The translations under genes and the position numbers were made by a program. The notes under the pieces are model-generated. The model saw nothing but the letters and a program-made list of their open reading frames with translations. It made no database searches and had not been told where the DNA came from. Positions 29,942 through 32,000 of a stretch of DNA of 32,000 nucleotides are shown here, in pieces; position 1 is the first letter of the stretch, and every line of letters starts with the position of its first letter. Origin of the DNA: Candidatus Saccharimonadota bacterium (GTDB lineage Bacteria > Patescibacteriota > Gracilibacteria > BD1-5 > UBA2023); NCBI GenBank assembly GCA_963706795.1, contig OY970170.1:1200001-1232000 (forward strand), written 5' to 3'.

Positions 29942-31651
29942 TTATTGTACGTTTACTGTGACCCAACCATCTGTATATCCGCTACTTCCACTACAACGGA
30001 TTCGGAATGTTGTAGTTGTATAGACATTACCTGTGTAGGTGCTTCCTGATACTGGGAGAGCAACGGTATTGCCACTCGCATCAGTTCGTTCACATGATGT
30101 GGCATTAGTAGCATTCCAAAGAAGTGTTGTTTGACCTCCAGACTGTACAGTGCTTGGTGAAGCTGCAATAACCACTGTCGGAAGCACTCCTGTTGTTCCT
30201 CCGTTGCCAATTACGGTTCCAGATGAGTTATTTACACCAACTGTAACATATGCCTGGCTATAACCACCTGGACCAGTACATCGGATATAAAAACTTGTAG
30301 TAGTCGAAAGTGGACCAACAAACGCATTTCCTGAAACTGGTACAGATTCGAATGCACCACTTACATTTGATCGCTCACATGTTGTTGCGTTTACTGCATT
30401 CCAGATGAGGACTGCGCTGCTTCCCATTGAGACTGTACTCGATGCTGCAGTCATAGTAACTGTAGGCAGGAGAAGCGTTGTTACTGGCAATACATTTACT
30501 GTAATGGACTCTTTAGAGCTTCCGTATGAACCGCTACAATTAAAGTAGAATGTCGTGCTCGCCGTGAGTGGCCCAGTACTTACACTTCCAGAAGTATTGA
30601 TATTACCGAAGTAGTTACCCGTCGTACTTGTCTGCTCACATGTATTGGCATTAGAAGCACTCCATGTGAGAGTGACGCTTTCTCCTGAATTAACCGTTGT
30701 TTTAGATGCTGCGAGATTGATACTCGGAGTCCATGTCTGTGGAGAAATTGGAGGTACTGCATTAACCGTTACAGCTCCAAAAGCCACTCCACCTGGACCA
30801 CTACATCTAATACGGAAAGTTGTATTTTTCCAAATAGGTTCTGAGAATGCCGCACCATATACTGGTGTATTTGCAAATGCTCCAGCAGCATTTGTACGTG
30901 TACAGTATGTTGCATTGGTTGATGTCCATGTGAGAGTCGCGCTCTTACCAGAAGCAACACTCGAAGCGTCAGAACTGATACTTACTGTTGGTCGACCATA
31001 ATTTGAAGTAGATGGTGGATTGATAATCGGTGTATCAATAATGGGTGCATCCCCTACTCGCACAAGCACTGAAGCTTCAGCGATCTTGTTTTGACCAGTA
31101 CATCGGATGGTGAAAGTCGTCTCTCTTTGGAGAATCCGTACGAGTGAGCTTCCTGAAGTTTGGATAGATTCTGAGCCACCGTTACTGTCGATTCTCTTAC
31201 AAGAGAGCGCATTGGTTGAACGCCATGAGAGTGTAGCAGTATCTCCAACATAGGCTGGAAGAGTATCTGCCGAAAATGAAACCGTTGGATCAAGATTTGA
31301 TACTACCACGATGCGGATCGAAGCAGTACGAGTACCTCCTGGTCCTACACACTTGAGATTATAGCGAGTCGAGCGTGTAAGGGGTCCGACTACGAAGCTT
31401 CCAACATCGTCACCAAATATGTAATTACCAACATTGCCCGACCAGCGACATGAGTAAGCATTGCTCGCATCCCAGCTAATTGTTGTGCTTCCGCCAACGG
31501 TTACAAACATAGGATCACCCTTGATGCTGATCTCTGGAGCAGGAACAGAAGTATCTACCCCTTCTACGAAGGCTGAAGCTGATGAAGTGACTGATAGAGC
31601 AAAAATAGCTACCAATCAAACCCATCGCGCAACCGAAAGTTTTGAAAACAT
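29942..31651 (-). CDS. secreted protein made of six tandem two-cysteine Ig-like repeats (569 aa)
   Basis: ATG 31651 gives MFSKLSVARWV-G-LVAIFALSVTSSASA/FVEG (signal peptide, with the only in-frame TGA at 31616-31618). Six repeats of about 85-90 aa follow, each with [ST]-[LI]-x-W-x-[AS]-x-N-A-x-x-C ... F-x-[IF]-x-C-x-G-x-G-G. Stop is TAA 29942-29944. Confidence 0.88.
29945..31537 (-). repeat. six diverged tandem coding repeats (about 255-270 nt each)
   Basis: The protein-level repeat cores are TISWDASNAYSC..YNLKCVGPGG, TLSWRSTNALSC..FTIRCTGQN, TLTWTSTNATYC..FRIRCSGPGG, TLTWSASNANTC..FYFNCSGSYG, VLIWNAVNATTC..FYIRCTGPGG and TLLWNATNATSC..FRIRCSGSSG. Confidence 0.85.
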
Positions 31652-31833
31652 ATGCGACTAGTTAAATATATAACTTTGATTATCCACAAAAGTCTCAAAA
31701 AGTAAACTGACATATATTTTTCGTGAGATGCAAATCAAAATTTACGTTTTGGAATTTTGAAAATGATCAAAAAACAATAGGATGCACATATCTCTATCCG
31801 ATGCTTTTTCCCACAAAAAGTCACCTCCTTCAC

Positions 31834-32000
31834 ATGAATAAAACAAACGATCCAAAAAACGACCATCCTACCAATCTCAACTTTGAAGAAGTTGAGAAAT
31901 TTATTGAATGAGCAGAGCAAGCACTTCTTTCTAAAAGGAAATACAAGATTAATTCGATCTTTAAGGAACTGATCGGCACAACCAAGTCTCTTGTCAATAA
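31834..32000 (+). CDS. hypothetical protein, 5' fragment (continues past the window end)
   Basis: ATG 31834 (MNKTNDPKNDHPTNLNFEEVEKFIE-G-AEQALLSKRKYKINSIFKELIGTTKSLVN) reads through TGA 31909-31911 to the window edge. The start is uncertain, since the track uses an upstream alternative start at 31723. Confidence 0.4.

Noticed and set aside
31822-31830. CACCTCCTT, 3 nt upstream of the 31834 ATG, considered as a ribosome-binding site.
   Set aside because: The sequence is identical to the 16S anti-Shine-Dalgarno tail rather than complementary to it, so it cannot pair with the ribosome. It is probably a coincidence.
1-32000. The alternative recoding TGA=Trp (table 4, Mycoplasma-like).
   Set aside because: The TGA sites in LepA (SAKTG, MKQxG), GluRS (HLMG) and the LTD TPG block correspond to Gly, and a TGA directly extends a poly-Gly run. 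Trp would be implausible at these positions.
1-32000. A search for tRNA, rRNA or ncRNA genes, CRISPR arrays, transposases, integrases, IS ends and long direct or inverted DNA repeats.
   Set aside because: I found none by eye. The intergenic regions are short (under 340 nt) and hold only promoter-like AT-rich DNA and terminator hairpins. The only repeats are the coding repeats and the three terminator copies already reported.

Overview
The window only makes sense if TGA is read as glycine (translation table 25), which points to Gracilibacteria/BD1-5 or Absconditabacteria/SR1 in the CPR/Patescibacteria. Under the standard code, lepA, gltX and all the large genes break into many same-frame ORFs separated only by TGA. 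I re-walked the frames by hand with TGA as Gly, and the track fragments merge into about 19 genes. Positions 1-9300 hold mostly housekeeping genes: gltX (partial), an SLH/PKD surface protein, rimO, lepA, a glutathione peroxidase and three hypothetical proteins that are rich in TGA codons. Positions 9769-27883 form an 18-kb, single-strand cell-surface island with two parts. The first part is two giant secreted multi-Ig proteins of 1390 aa and 2530 aa; the larger contains 27 in-frame TGA codons and a lamin-tail domain. The second part is a 281-aa secreted protein followed by a tightly packed four-gene operon. The 281-aa protein shares its C-terminal module with the C-terminus of the 2530-aa giant. 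The next gene encodes a membrane-anchored double beta-sandwich protein, and the last gene ends in a peptidoglycan-binding domain. By architecture and motifs this resembles the Firmicute WxL / WxL-interacting-protein (DUF916) surface-complex loci. I treat it as the most interesting candidate system, but the link is inference, not a search result. Positions 27884-31651 (minus strand) encode three proteins: one with motifs I recall from the aGPT-pyrophosphorylase / 5-hmdU DNA kinase helical DNA-hypermodification family, a lipoprotein DNase I-like (EEP) nuclease, and a secreted protein made of six tandem two-cysteine Ig-like repeats. Three minus-strand genes end in near-identical terminators that carry a GNRA tetraloop. 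I found no rRNA, tRNA, CRISPR array or mobile element.
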